Assembly (NCBI GenBank): GCA_963768855.1
Contig: CAVYJM010000006.1
Coordinates: 160,001 to 224,000 of the forward strand
Direction: 5' to 3'
Origin: an uncultured Thermoplasmata archaeon
GTDB taxonomy: Archaea > Thermoplasmatota > Thermoplasmata > RBG-16-68-12
DNA length: 64,000 nt
Part shown: in pieces, positions 45,194 to 55,382 of the stretch
How positions within the stretch are numbered: position 1 is the stretch's first letter
How the letters are laid out: every line of letters begins with the position of its first letter
Translations under genes and position numbers: made by a program
Notes under the pieces: generated by a model
What the model saw: only the letters and a program-made list of their open reading frames with translations
Told to the model about the DNA's origin: nothing
Database searches by the model: none

Positions 45194-45475
45194 ATGTCCA
45201 GTTTCCCCGACGAGGTCCTCACGCGCACGAAGAAGGGCGAGATCGAGGTGCGTTCCCTGATCGATCGCGGTCGGTTTGTCCGGTACAACTACCTCCATCC
45301 GGAGACGGGCGAGCCCATGGAGGGCGGCAAGGTGAAGCTCGTCCTGATCTCGGAAGGCGGTCGCGCCGAGGAGTTCTTCATCATCCCGACGAAGTCGAAG
45401 CGCGATCTGCTCATCCCCGCCGCGGAGAAGGGTGCGCGGAAGATCTGGGACGGCAAGCAGCCCGTCGACCTGTGA
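45194..45475 (+). CDS. Hypothetical protein, about 93 aa
   Basis: Strong coding pattern; beta-rich. Confidence 0.75.
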   Translation: MSSFPDEVLTRTKKGEIEVRSLIDRGRFVRYNYLHPETGEPMEGGKVKLVLISEGGRAEEFFIIPTKSKRDLLIPAAEKGARKIWDGKQPVDL

Positions 45476-45535
45476 CAACCGAGCCACGGAGCTGGGTGCG
45501 CCCGCACGCCGTCGCGGGCGACGCGAGTGGACGCG

Positions 45536-46501
45536 TCAGCGCCCCGCCGGAGTCGTGAACTTGTCCAGGGTCGTGTGGTGCACCGCAAGCCCGAGGAGGA
45601 CACTCGCGTCCTGCGCGAACTCGCCGAGGTCGTGGGCGGCGGCTTCCACGGCCTGTTGTTCCTCGGGAAGGAGGGGCCATTCCTCCACGCGCAACAGGTG
45701 TCCTTTCCCGACCACGGCGGGCGCCCCGAGCGCGAGGTCCCGCACGCCGAATTCGCCTTGGAGGACGACCGAGGCCGGCACGGTCGAGGGCCGCGGGGAG
45801 ACCAAGGCGTGCAGGAGGCTCGCCGTCGCGCCCGCGGGTCCGTACGCGGTCCCGCCCTTCCCCTGGATGATCTTCGTGCTGACGGCTCGGAGATCCTCGA
45901 GGATCGTTGTCTTCTCCTCCGCGCTGAGCTCGACGGGCCGCCCCTGGATTCGGACGCGGCTGAACAGGGGCACGACCCGCTCGCCATGCTCCCCGAGGAC
46001 GAGGGCCTCCACCTGGGAGGGATTGACCCGGAATCGGTCCGCGAGCAGGCAGCGGAGCCGGACCGAATCGAGCAGCGCCCCGGACCCGAGGACCCGGTCC
46101 CTCGTCAGGCCCGAGGCCTCCCAGGCGATCGTCGTCAGGACGTCGACCGGGTTCGTGAGGACGACGAGGGTCGCGCGCGGGGCCACGGCCACGATCTGGC
46201 GGCTCAGGTCCCGGACGAGGGGTGCGTTCGCATGGAGCAGGTCGAGCCGCGTCATCCCTGGTTTGCGGCCCTGGCCCGCGACCAGCAGGATCACGTCGGA
46301 GCCGGCCAGGTCCTCGAGGGCGCCCGCCCGGACGATGCTGTCGGACCGCTCCGCGATCCCGCTCCGGATGTCCTCCGCCTGGGCCCAGGCGAGTCCCTCG
46401 ACGACGTCATAGAGGACGATCTCGTCCCACGTCCCGTCGCGGGCGACGGCGAAGGCGATTTCGCCTCCGAGCTTCCCCACGCCGACGACGCCGACCTTCA
46501 T
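45536..46501 (-). CDS. mdh: Malate/lactate dehydrogenase family protein
   Basis: GVGKLG, RKPGMTRLDLL..N, TNPVD, LDSVR, GEHG. Confidence 0.88.
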   Translation of the reverse strand: MKVGVVGVGKLGGEIAFAVARDGTWDEIVLYDVVEGLAWAQAEDIRSGIAERSDSIVRAGALEDLAGSDVILLVAGQGRKPGMTRLDLLHANAPLVRDLSRQIVAVAPRATLVVLTNPVDVLTTIAWEASGLTRDRVLGSGALLDSVRLRCLLADRFRVNPSQVEALVLGEHGERVVPLFSRVRIQGRPVELSAEEKTTILEDLRAVSTKIIQGKGGTAYGPAGATASLLHALVSPRPSTVPASVVLQGEFGVRDLALGAPAVVGKGHLLRVEEWPLLPEEQQAVEAAAHDLGEFAQDASVLLGLAVHHTTLDKFTTPAGR

Positions 46502-46577
46502 CCGGACCGCCCGGTGCACGACACGGATGGAGGCCTATAAGCCATGTTGCGCACGGATTCCGCTGGACCACGCGGGT

Positions 46578-47309
46578 TCAGGCGGGCTGCAGCTCGTAGG
46601 AGATGCGGTCCGTCTCCTTCCCCTTGGACCGTTTCTCGAGGATGTGGATCCGGCCGATCTCCCTCGTGTTCTTCAGGTGCGTGCCCCCGCACGGGCAGTA
46701 GTCCGCGGGCCCGATCTCGATGACCCGCAGCCGCCGGATGCTCTGCGGGATCAGGTCCAGGAGCGAGCGGTCCTCGACCTTGTTCTGCACGACGACGCGG
46801 TCCTCCTCGAAGATCCGCACGTCGAGGGCGGCCTCTACGACCGCGTTGCACTCCTCCTCGATGCGCTCCAGGTCCTCCGGCGAGAAGTTCGCGGGTTGGA
46901 AGTCGACGCGGCTGAAGTCCGCGTGGATCTGGTTCCCGACGGTCCGCGCGGCGTAGATCCGGAACACGAGCCCGGACATCAGGTGCTGGGACGTGTGCAT
47001 CCGCATGTGCTTGTACCGCCGGTCCCAGTCGATCACGCCGTGCACGTCGTCCGACTCGGGCATGCGCTCCACGTGGTGCTTGACGACGCCCTTCTCCTTC
47101 GTTACCCGCAGGACCTTCGCCTCGTCTCCGGGCCACCGCAGGAGCCCGTGGTCGTCCGGCTGTCCGCCCCCCTCGGCGTAGAACAGGGTCTGGTCGAGGA
47201 CCACGTAGTCGGGGCCGCGCTCCGTTATCTTGGCATCGAACTCGCGGCGATAGCAGGGGTCCGGATCCTGCCCCTTCCTCTCTTCCATGTACAGGACGCG
47301 GGTGGACAT
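46578..47309 (-). CDS. alaX: Alanyl-tRNA editing protein AlaX
   Basis: TLFYAEGGGQP.D, MRMHTSQH, CPCGGTH. Confidence 0.92.
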   Translation of the reverse strand: MSTRVLYMEERKGQDPDPCYRREFDAKITERGPDYVVLDQTLFYAEGGGQPDDHGLLRWPGDEAKVLRVTKEKGVVKHHVERMPESDDVHGVIDWDRRYKHMRMHTSQHLMSGLVFRIYAARTVGNQIHADFSRVDFQPANFSPEDLERIEEECNAVVEAALDVRIFEEDRVVVQNKVEDRSLLDLIPQSIRRLRVIEIGPADYCPCGGTHLKNTREIGRIHILEKRSKGKETDRISYELQPA

Positions 47310-47418
47310 CCTGGCCGGGAAACCGCGACGGACCATAAAGGGTTCGCGTCAGCGGCCGGCCGCAGGTTCATTCCGTCCGCGGGAACCGTCTTATCGGGGG
47401 TCCCCCTTCCCCGCCGCG

Positions 47419-48510
47419 ATGGTCGCTCGGCTCGCATCCCCGAAGGAGAAATATGGGCCGCTCGAGGTCTTCCCAGTCCGCGGGTCGCCCCGGCAGGTCG
47501 GCGAGGCGCTCGGAGAGCGATTCGCCCACGAGGCGGACCGGGCCGTCGAGATCTTCCGGAAGGAGCTCACCTGGGAGAAGGGCGCCACGGTGGAGGGCGC
47601 GAAGCGGTACGCCCGCAAGGTCCTCCCGCGGATTGAGGCGTGGGTCCCCGACTTCATCGAGGAGATGCGGGGATACGCCGCTGGCAGCGGCGTCCCCTTC
47701 GATGTGCTCCTGGCGCAGTGGTCGGGTCACAGCCCGTCCGCCGGCCTGAAGGGCTGCACGGACGTCGCCGCGGGGCCGGAGCAGACCGCGGACGGGAGCG
47801 TGCTCGTCGCCCACAACGAGGACTACACGCCGGACTACGACGGCCTCGTCGTGCCCGTCCACGTCGCGGTCGAGGGCAAGCCCGCGTTCTTCGCGATGTC
47901 CTACCAAGGGCTCTTCCCGACGATGGGCTTCAATGACGCGGGGATCAGCCTGACCGGGAACGCGGTGAGCCCGAACGACGTCCGGATCGGGATCCCGAAG
48001 ATGTTCGCCCCCCGCCGCGTCCTCGAGTCCAGCACGTTGAAGGAAGCCCTCGAGTCCGCGATGCCGGCGGGACGCGGGTCCAGCTTCAACAACATCGTCT
48101 GCTCGAGGGAGGGTGAGCTCTATTCCGTCGAGGGCTCCGCCACGGACTTCGAGGCCCTCTACGGCGACGGCGGCTGGCTCGTCCACACGAATCACTACGT
48201 GGGCGAGCGGATGTTGAAGTACGAGCGGGATCCGCAGGAGAAGTTCTGCTCCATCCTGCGCTACAACCGGGCGCGGAAGCTCATGGAGGCCACGCTGGGC
48301 CACGTGACCCCCGAGACGATCGTGCGGATCCAGCGGGACCATCTCTCCCGCCCGGACTCGATCTGCCGCCATGAGAACCCGAAGGACCCCGAGGCGGATC
48401 GCGTGAAGACCCTCTTCGGGTCGATCGTGAATCTCACCACGGGAGACGTCTACATCAGCGGATCGACCCCGTGCGAGACGGAGTACCGCGTCTTCCGGCT
48501 GACCGGCTGA
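47419..48510 (+). CDS. C45 family Ntn-hydrolase/acyltransferase
   Basis: KGCT nucleophile, AHNED, GFNDAG, HTNHY. Confidence 0.9.
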   Translation: MVARLASPKEKYGPLEVFPVRGSPRQVGEALGERFAHEADRAVEIFRKELTWEKGATVEGAKRYARKVLPRIEAWVPDFIEEMRGYAAGSGVPFDVLLAQWSGHSPSAGLKGCTDVAAGPEQTADGSVLVAHNEDYTPDYDGLVVPVHVAVEGKPAFFAMSYQGLFPTMGFNDAGISLTGNAVSPNDVRIGIPKMFAPRRVLESSTLKEALESAMPAGRGSSFNNIVCSREGELYSVEGSATDFEALYGDGGWLVHTNHYVGERMLKYERDPQEKFCSILRYNRARKLMEATLGHVTPETIVRIQRDHLSRPDSICRHENPKDPEADRVKTLFGSIVNLTTGDVYISGSTPCETEYRVFRLTG

Positions 48511-48516
48511 TCCCGC

Positions 48517-49653
48517 TCACTTGCCGAGCAGGGATCGCGCGATGACCATCCGCTGCACCTCGGACGTCCCTTCGTACAGCTCCGTGATCTTCTGGTCACG
48601 ATACAGCTTCTCGACGACGTAGTCCTTGATGAAGCCGTAGCCGCCGTGGATCTGGACCGCGGCGTCGACCGCGCGGTGCGCCGCCTCCGAGGCGAACAGT
48701 TTCGCGACGCTCGACTCGTACGTGTGCTTCTGGCCCACGTCCTTGAGACGCGCGACCTTGTACGTGAGGAGGCGGGCCGCTTCGATCTCCGTGGCCATAT
48801 CGGCGAGCTTCCACTGGATCGCCTCGAATTCGGCGATCTTCGCTCCGAAGGCCTCGCGCTCCTTCGCGTACTTCAGGGACTCCTCGAGAGCGCGCTGGGC
48901 GATGCCGAGGGCCTGCGCCGCGATCCCGATCCGGCCCCCATCCAGCGTGGCGAGGGCGATGTTGAACCCCTTCCCCTCCTGACCCAGGAGGTTCTCCTTC
49001 GGGATCCGCATGCCGTCAAGACCTACCAGCATCGTGTCGCTTGCGCGGATCCCCATCTTGTTCTCTTTCCGGAGGAGCTTGTAGCCGGGTGCGTCCGTGG
49101 GCACGATGAAGCCCGAGATGTCGTACTTCTTCTCCCCCGTGCGCGCATACGTCACGAGGACCTTGGCCGCGGAGGCGTTCGTGATGAACGCCTTCGTGCC
49201 GTCGAGGACCCACTCGTCCCCCTCGAGGCGGGCGGTCGCACGCATCGCGGCGGCGTCCGAGCCGCTTCCGGGCTCCGTGAGGGCGTACGCCCCGACCCAC
49301 TCCCCCTTCGCGAGCGGCACGAGATACTTCTGCTTCTGCTCCTCCGTCCCCCAGCGCAGGATCGGCTCGCATGCGAGGCCGTTGCAGACTGCGGCGATCA
49401 CGGAGGCGCTCGCGTCCCCGCGGGCGAGCTCCTCGATCGCGATCGCGTAGCAGACCGTGTCGAGTCCGGAGCCGCCATACTTCTCCGGGACGAAGATGCC
49501 CAGGAGGCCAAGCTCGCCCATCTTCGTCGCCCAGTGGCCCGGGAACTCCTGGCTCTCATCGTACTTCATCGACTCGGGGATGATCTCCTGCTCGACGAAG
49601 TCCCGGACCATCTTCCGGGTCATTGCCTGCGTCTCGCTGAGCTCGAAGTCCAT
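48517..49653 (-). CDS. Acyl-CoA dehydrogenase
   Basis: ALTEPGSGSDA, GTKAFITN, KMGIRASDT, RIGIAAQ, IYEGTSE-like LYEGTSEVQR. Confidence 0.96.
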   Translation of the reverse strand: MDFELSETQAMTRKMVRDFVEQEIIPESMKYDESQEFPGHWATKMGELGLLGIFVPEKYGGSGLDTVCYAIAIEELARGDASASVIAAVCNGLACEPILRWGTEEQKQKYLVPLAKGEWVGAYALTEPGSGSDAAAMRATARLEGDEWVLDGTKAFITNASAAKVLVTYARTGEKKYDISGFIVPTDAPGYKLLRKENKMGIRASDTMLVGLDGMRIPKENLLGQEGKGFNIALATLDGGRIGIAAQALGIAQRALEESLKYAKEREAFGAKIAEFEAIQWKLADMATEIEAARLLTYKVARLKDVGQKHTYESSVAKLFASEAAHRAVDAAVQIHGGYGFIKDYVVEKLYRDQKITELYEGTSEVQRMVIARSLLGK

Positions 49654-49734
49654 CGCCCGGAGGTAGGCCCCGCCAGAGGATAAAATTTCGGCCGTCCGGA
49701 AAGGTTCAAGCCGGCCGTCCCGTTCGCCGCTCCC

Positions 49735-50622
49735 GTGGCCGCGCTCCGCCTCGAGCCCTTGCAGACGTTGGACGCGCAGGAGTACTGGCGCATCTATGTC
49801 GAGGGCCGCACCGACCTGCCGACGCGCTCCGTGCCCGCGCACGTCGAGCGCTACCTCGCGCTGCCGAAGGACGAGCAGCGCACGCACTACGCGATCCGCC
49901 AGGGAGAGGCGATGATCGGGACCGTGCGCCTCCTCCCCGACACGATCACGGGCTTCTCGCTCGAGCCGGCCCACGCGGGCGAGGCGCGCGCGGCGATTAT
50001 CCGGGCGCTGGATCTCCTCCGGTCCGGCGGCGCGGGAGCCATCACGGCCTCGTTCGACGAGGCGTACGAAAGGGACTTTGAGGCCCTCGGGTTCCGCCGG
50101 GCCTTCGCGAGGATGCGGATGGAGGCGCCCACGGAGCGACGTCCGCCCCCCGCGGTCCCCCTCAAGCCGCCGGAGGAGGCTGAGGTCCCCGGCCTCGCGC
50201 GGTTCTTCATGGACGTGTACGCCGGTCATGTGGAACAGCAGTATGGCATGCACGTTGGCTCCGAGGAGGACTGGCGCGGCTACATCTCCGGGGTCCTCCG
50301 GGGCGAGGCGGGCCGCTTCATGCCCGAGGCGTCCTTCGTGTCGCTGGAGGAGGGGCGTCTCGCGGGAGCGATCCTCGTGAGCCACTGGATGGGGTCCCCG
50401 CTGGTCGCTGAGCTGGGCGTGGCCGCGGATCGCCGGCGCCGCGGGATCGCCCGCGCGCTCGTGTCCGCCGCGTCGACGCGCCTCGCCGGCCTCGAGGAGA
50501 CCCGGTGGGCGCTCTACGTTACGCTCGGCAACGATCCTGCGATTACGCTGTACCGCGGGCTCGGCTTCGCCCCGTCGGGCGGAGAGACCGTTACGGCGCG
50601 GCTCGATGCGCCGCCCGGGTGA
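49735..50622 (+). CDS. Tandem GNAT acetyltransferase
   Basis: GVAADRRRRGIA, N.PAI.LYRGLGF; a second degenerate GNAT domain at the N-terminus. Confidence 0.82.
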   Translation: MAALRLEPLQTLDAQEYWRIYVEGRTDLPTRSVPAHVERYLALPKDEQRTHYAIRQGEAMIGTVRLLPDTITGFSLEPAHAGEARAAIIRALDLLRSGGAGAITASFDEAYERDFEALGFRRAFARMRMEAPTERRPPPAVPLKPPEEAEVPGLARFFMDVYAGHVEQQYGMHVGSEEDWRGYISGVLRGEAGRFMPEASFVSLEEGRLAGAILVSHWMGSPLVAELGVAADRRRRGIARALVSAASTRLAGLEETRWALYVTLGNDPAITLYRGLGFAPSGGETVTARLDAPPG

Positions 50623-50694
50623 CGATTCTCAGGGCTGAGATTGAAGGGCCTACCCTTAAGGCCCGCCGCCCCAGCATGGCGGGGAGGCGAGCCT

Positions 50695-50985
50695 ATGATT
50701 CTCCTCGAGAGCTTCGTCGTGCTCCTCCTGAGCATCCTGTGCGGCGTGCTGGGGGCGTTCCTGCTGGCCCACCGCGGCGTGCGGATGATGCGCGGCGGTC
50801 TTCTGTACCGCTTGAGCGTCGGCCTCGCGGCCGTGGGGATCGCTCTGAGCCTGAGCGCGGCGGCCCGCGTGATCGGGCTGGACGTGATCGTCTCGGACGG
50901 GTTCCAGGTCGTCGCCCTCGTCGTCCTGTTCTTCATCGGCTACAGCGCGTGGCTGAGCGCGCACACGATGCAGTCCGAGGCATGA
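50695..50985 (+). CDS. 3-TM small membrane protein
   Basis: GGGGAGG RBS; three hydrophobic helices. Confidence 0.7.
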   Translation: MILLESFVVLLLSILCGVLGAFLLAHRGVRMMRGGLLYRLSVGLAAVGIALSLSAAARVIGLDVIVSDGFQVVALVVLFFIGYSAWLSAHTMQSEA

Positions 50986-51236
50986 TCCGCGTGGGCGTGC
51001 AGGCAGCGTACGAGCGCATCGCGGAGGACCTGCGGTCCATCTGGGGAGACATGGCCCTCGCCATGCTCCGCAAGCGCATCCGCGACGTGCACGCCGACCC
51101 GAACGCCCTCACGAGGCAGGACCTGGAGCAGATCGTGGACCTCCTGCGCGCGAAGACGCTCCCGTCCGTCCTCGGCGAGGACGGCGCCGAGGCGAAGGCC
51201 CGCCAGTACCTCGCGTGGGTCGCGAGCTCGGCCTGA
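50982..51236 (+). CDS. 84-aa helical hypothetical protein
   Basis: ATGA overlap with the upstream gene; IWGDMALAMLRKRIRD..LTRQDL..IVD.L. Confidence 0.7.
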   Translation: MIRVGVQAAYERIAEDLRSIWGDMALAMLRKRIRDVHADPNALTRQDLEQIVDLLRAKTLPSVLGEDGAEAKARQYLAWVASSA

Positions 51237-51240
51237 CGCC

Positions 51241-51708
51241 TCACCGCGCCGTGTCGTGGGAGGCTTTCACGAGTCGGACGACCTTGTACATCTCGAGCTC
51301 GGAACGGGACCACGGGTGCAGATCCTCCGGGAGGGGCGCGTCGATCGCCTCCGTGCGCACGAGGTGGCTGCCCTTCTCCAGCGTGGCGTCGTCCGCCAGA
51401 TGCGCCTCGAACTCAAAGGTGAGCACCCAGTCGCCTCCCATCGCGGATCGCACCCCCACCAGGCGGATCGTCCTCGGAGTCTCCCCCGTCTGCTCCCTCA
51501 GGAAGCGGGTCGCGCACAGGCGGGGATGCACCCCGTAGTTGAGGACGCCTCCGGGCAGGGTCCATGAATCGCCGAACACGGGGTCTTTGTGCTGGCGGAT
51601 GAGGACGAGCCGGTCGCGGTGGTGCGCGAAGATCACGCAGCGGAGCTCGAGCCCGCCCGCCGCGGTTCCGGCCCCGACCGGGAACAGAGCCTTCTCGACT
51701 TCCTCCAT
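51241..51708 (-). CDS. NUDIX hydrolase
   Basis: WTLPGG...G..P..CA.R.LREQTG Nudix-like box. Confidence 0.8.
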   Translation of the reverse strand: MEEVEKALFPVGAGTAAGGLELRCVIFAHHRDRLVLIRQHKDPVFGDSWTLPGGVLNYGVHPRLCATRFLREQTGETPRTIRLVGVRSAMGGDWVLTFEFEAHLADDATLEKGSHLVRTEAIDAPLPEDLHPWSRSELEMYKVVRLVKASHDTAR

Positions 51709-51794
51709 GACCCCGCAATCGGTCAGGGGTGACGGACCCGATAAGTGTTCCGTGCCGAGGGAGGATCCGCGGGATCGTGATCTCGCGAGCCGGT

Positions 51795-53372
51795 TCACGC
51801 CGCGGGGAAGCTGATCGTGTGGCCTTCCGCTTGCCGGCGCGTCTTCGCGGGCTGCCGGATCCGGAAGCCGCGGTCCTCGCCGTAGCGGCGCATGATCTGC
51901 AGGATATAGCGGCCTCCGAGGCGGCCCGTGGCCACGACCATCGCCCGGAGGGGCAGCGGGAGCTTCGTGAGATCCCAGAGGAGCGAGTCCATCTCGAGAA
52001 CCTCATGGCGCCACGCACGGTATGCGATGTTGAAGCGCGCCTCGTCGATCATCTCGTCGATGCTGTAGAACTCCTCCCCGCGGAGTGCGCCGACCGGCAC
52101 GAAGGTGAGCGGGGCGGTCACGAAGTGGCTGTTCGGGATCTGCTCCATCCGGTCGATCAGGTCCACGGTCAGCCACGCGTCCTCGGGGGTCTCGCCGGGC
52201 AGGCCCATGATGATTGTGTACGCGGGAAACCAGTAGTTCCGGTTCAGGATCTCCGTCCCCTCGATTACCACATCGGGCCACTCTTCCGCGCTGAACGGGG
52301 CGGCCTTGCGGTTCAGCACGGCCTTGGAGAGCTTCGGGCTTCCCGTCTCGATGCCGCTCTGGACTCCGATCCACTTGTCCGGTCCCGCGTGGACGATCTT
52401 GGAGAGATCCTCAATGAGACCCGGGTTCGTCACGGCTGCACTGACCGTGCCGTGGGTCGGATAGCAGTGCGAGACGCCGGGCTGCTTCATCACGTGCTCG
52501 AAGAGGCCCTTCACCGCGTCCTCATTGGGCTCGAAGGTCTTCCAGTTCTCCAGCTGGTACAGGAAGATGTCGTCCGAGTGAAGCTGGATCGAGCTTCCGT
52601 TCGGCGCGCGGGCGTTGACGGCGACCTCGTCTGCAATGAAGTCGAGAGGGAAGTATCTCGGACGGCGGAGCGTGACCTCGCAGAACTCGCAGCCGCGGCC
52701 GCATCCGCGCATGACCTCGACCATGTTGTGCATGACGGGCCCGAGGATCTTCGGGACTTCCTCGACGCGGGGCGCGGTCCGGTTGTTGAACCGCAGGACG
52801 GGCGGCGCGCTCCCGCTCCGCACTTGGTCGAAAACGTCCGCGATGAAATGGTCGCATTCCCCGTAGACGATGTGGTCGATCCCCAGTTCCTCCTGGAGAC
52901 CGGGGCGGTTGTCGAACTGCCACGCGCCGGGTCCGCCGAGGATGACCTTGTACTTCCGGTTGGGCTTCTGGCTCTGCGCGGCGAGCTCGAGGAACTTCGC
53001 CTTCGTGTAGGGCGTCAGGACGCCGCCCATCGTGAAGGACATGCTCACGGGCCCGAGGCCGAGCGGGTCCATCGTGTGCAGCCCGACGACCTCCGTGTCG
53101 TCCGTGATGTAGCGGTCGATCATCTGCGGCGGGGCCACGACGACCTGGTCCCGGCCGTACGCCTTCACGAGCCCCGCCTCCACCTTGCGCAGTCCGTACG
53201 GCGCGCGGATCGGCTGGCCCGTCGCGTCGAGCTGGGGCGGGTCCGCGAGGATACGGTACACGAGGCGGGAGTACCAGTAGTCCGTCGGGATGCAGCTGAA
53301 GAAGGTCGCAAGCGGGACGCCGCGGTAATCCGTCATCAGGGTGTAGTCCGCCGCCAGCACGACCTTGGCCAT
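51795..53372 (-). CDS. Radical SAM protein with B12-binding-like N-terminal domain
   Basis: MRGCGRGCEFC CxxxCxxC, GIETGS, GLPGET; GGPGAW and GECD in the N-terminal region. Confidence 0.88.
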   Translation of the reverse strand: MAKVVLAADYTLMTDYRGVPLATFFSCIPTDYWYSRLVYRILADPPQLDATGQPIRAPYGLRKVEAGLVKAYGRDQVVVAPPQMIDRYITDDTEVVGLHTMDPLGLGPVSMSFTMGGVLTPYTKAKFLELAAQSQKPNRKYKVILGGPGAWQFDNRPGLQEELGIDHIVYGECDHFIADVFDQVRSGSAPPVLRFNNRTAPRVEEVPKILGPVMHNMVEVMRGCGRGCEFCEVTLRRPRYFPLDFIADEVAVNARAPNGSSIQLHSDDIFLYQLENWKTFEPNEDAVKGLFEHVMKQPGVSHCYPTHGTVSAAVTNPGLIEDLSKIVHAGPDKWIGVQSGIETGSPKLSKAVLNRKAAPFSAEEWPDVVIEGTEILNRNYWFPAYTIIMGLPGETPEDAWLTVDLIDRMEQIPNSHFVTAPLTFVPVGALRGEEFYSIDEMIDEARFNIAYRAWRHEVLEMDSLLWDLTKLPLPLRAMVVATGRLGGRYILQIMRRYGEDRGFRIRQPAKTRRQAEGHTISFPAA

Positions 53373-53629
53373 TCGATCCCCCACCTCGTCTCGAAACGTT
53401 CCTTCCGAAAGGTTCCGTCCGCGTGGATTGGTAGCCCAGTGATTCGACATCCACCATAGTTATACGTTTCGCATTCGGGCTCGCGACATCGCCGCTCGTC
53501 GCCGATCCATAGACCGTTCGGCTCTCCTCGGGATCCATCGCCCCGCCCTTCCCCGGACGCGGCGTGCCTGGGGCGAATGCGAAAGGGTAAAGGGAATCTG
53601 GTCTCTGGGCGCCTCCGGTCGGGATCGAC

Positions 53630-54100
53630 ATGGTCGAGGTTGGACAGAGGGCCCCGGAGTTCACGATGCCGAGCGACGAAGGCAAGCCGGTTACGCTCTC
53701 GAAGGAGCTGGGCCAGGGCCCGGTCGTCCTGTCGTTCTACGTGTTCGACTTCACCGGCGTCTGCACGGGCCAGCTGTGCGCGATGCGGGATTCGATGGGG
53801 AACCTGCAGCAGCACGGCGCGAAGGTCTTCGGGATCAGCACCGACAGCGCCGCGAGCCACAAGGCGTTCCGCGCCGCGAACAACGGGAACCACCCGCTGC
53901 TCAGCGACTGGAACAAGACGGTCAGCAAGTCCTACGGCGTTCTGTACGACAAGTTCGGGGACTACCTCGGCGCCTCGAAGCGCTCCGTCTTCGTGCTCGA
54001 CAAGGACGGCGTCGTGCGGTACAGGTGGGTCACGGAGGACTCGAAGATCCCTCCGGACGCGAAGCGCGTGCTCGAGGAAGTCAAGAAGCTGACGAAGTGA
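53630..54100 (+). CDS. Peroxiredoxin (BCP/AhpE-like)
   Basis: VGQRAPEF, FTGVCT.QLC, GISTD, LLSDW, RSVFVLD..GVVRY. Confidence 0.9.
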   Translation: MVEVGQRAPEFTMPSDEGKPVTLSKELGQGPVVLSFYVFDFTGVCTGQLCAMRDSMGNLQQHGAKVFGISTDSAASHKAFRAANNGNHPLLSDWNKTVSKSYGVLYDKFGDYLGASKRSVFVLDKDGVVRYRWVTEDSKIPPDAKRVLEEVKKLTK

Positions 54101-55302
54101 GGCCGAGCTCCCGCACGGCCGCGGCTACGCTGTCAACCGTCGGAATCGATCGAGACTCGGGTCGGTCGTCCCCTCGTCCGGCGCCCGTGTTCACGAGGAC
54201 CACTTGGTCCTCGGACCGGATCACGCCTTCGTCGTACAAGCGCCGCAGCCCCGCCAAGGTCGCCGCGCCCTCCAGGCACGCCGAGACGCCCTCGAGGGCC
54301 GCCAGGTTCGCCGCGGCGAGGGCCATCGCCTCCTCCGTGACGGTCACCGCCGACGCCGTTCGTCTCTCGTAGGGCGCGTAGGACGATCCGATCCGCCAGG
54401 GTCGCCGGGACCCGTAGCCCCGCCGCGCGGGTCCTCGGATCCGGCCAGGGTTCCGCCCTCTCCCTCCGCTCCTTCCATGCGCGGACCAGCGGGGCGCAGC
54501 CTTCCGCCTGCACGAGCCCGATCCGGGGCCAGGGTCCCTCGTACCATCCGAGCTCCTGGAGCTCCTGGAGCGCCTTCCAGATTCCCGCCACACCCGTGCC
54601 ACCCCCGGTCGGGAAGAGGATCCAGTCGGGCATGCCGTCCAGGTCCTCCCAGATCTCATAGAGCATTGTCTTCTTCCCCTCGACCCGGTACGGTTCTCGG
54701 AGCGTCGCCACATTGAACGCTTCCGTTGCGACGGCCACTTCCTGGGCGAGGCGCCCCGCCTGCGTGATGTCCCCGCGCACGTGAGCCACTTTCGCTCCGT
54801 GGTCGAGGGCCGCCCGGACCGCGTCCGCTGGCGCGTCCGGCGTCATGAGGATCGTGGCCTCGAGCCCGTACGTTGCAGCGTAGAGCGCCAGGGCCGCGCC
54901 TGCGTTCCCGGCGGTGGGTGCGACGAGGGATTTGGCGCCCAGGGACTTCGCCATGGGGACCGCCACGGCCATCCCGCGGGCTTTGAACGTCCGGGTGGGG
55001 TTGCCTCCCTCGTCTTTCACGTAGAGCGCCGCGAGCTTCAGCCGGGCCACGCGCCCTCTTGATCCAATCCGCTCGAGCCGGAGGAGCGGCGTTCCGCCTT
55101 CCCCCCGGGCTCGAATCTCCTCCTCCGGGAGTGGGAGCAAGGGCGCGTAGCGCCAGAGGTCCCGGCGGCGCAGGAGTTCCTCCCGCCGAACCGCGGAAAG
55201 GTCGTACCGCGCGAACAACGGAGCGCCGCATTCGCAGAGGTTCGCGAGCCGAGCCTCGCGGCGTCGACCGCAAGCTGTGCACTCGAGGAACTCCGGACGC
55301 AT
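54081..55302 (-). pseudogene. thrC: Threonine synthase family PLP enzyme with one +1 frameshift near 54351
   Basis: KDEGGNPT.TFKARG, PTAGNAG, EGKKT, PTGGGTG; the C-terminus (EGAATLAG, VLVNTG) is in a different frame. Confidence 0.8.
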
Positions 55303-55382
55303 GGCCCCGCGATGGTCCGACCGCCGCATCACCGTTTGGCTTTGCGCATGTCTTTATCCGGGCGGATGCTTTGGCACGACGG

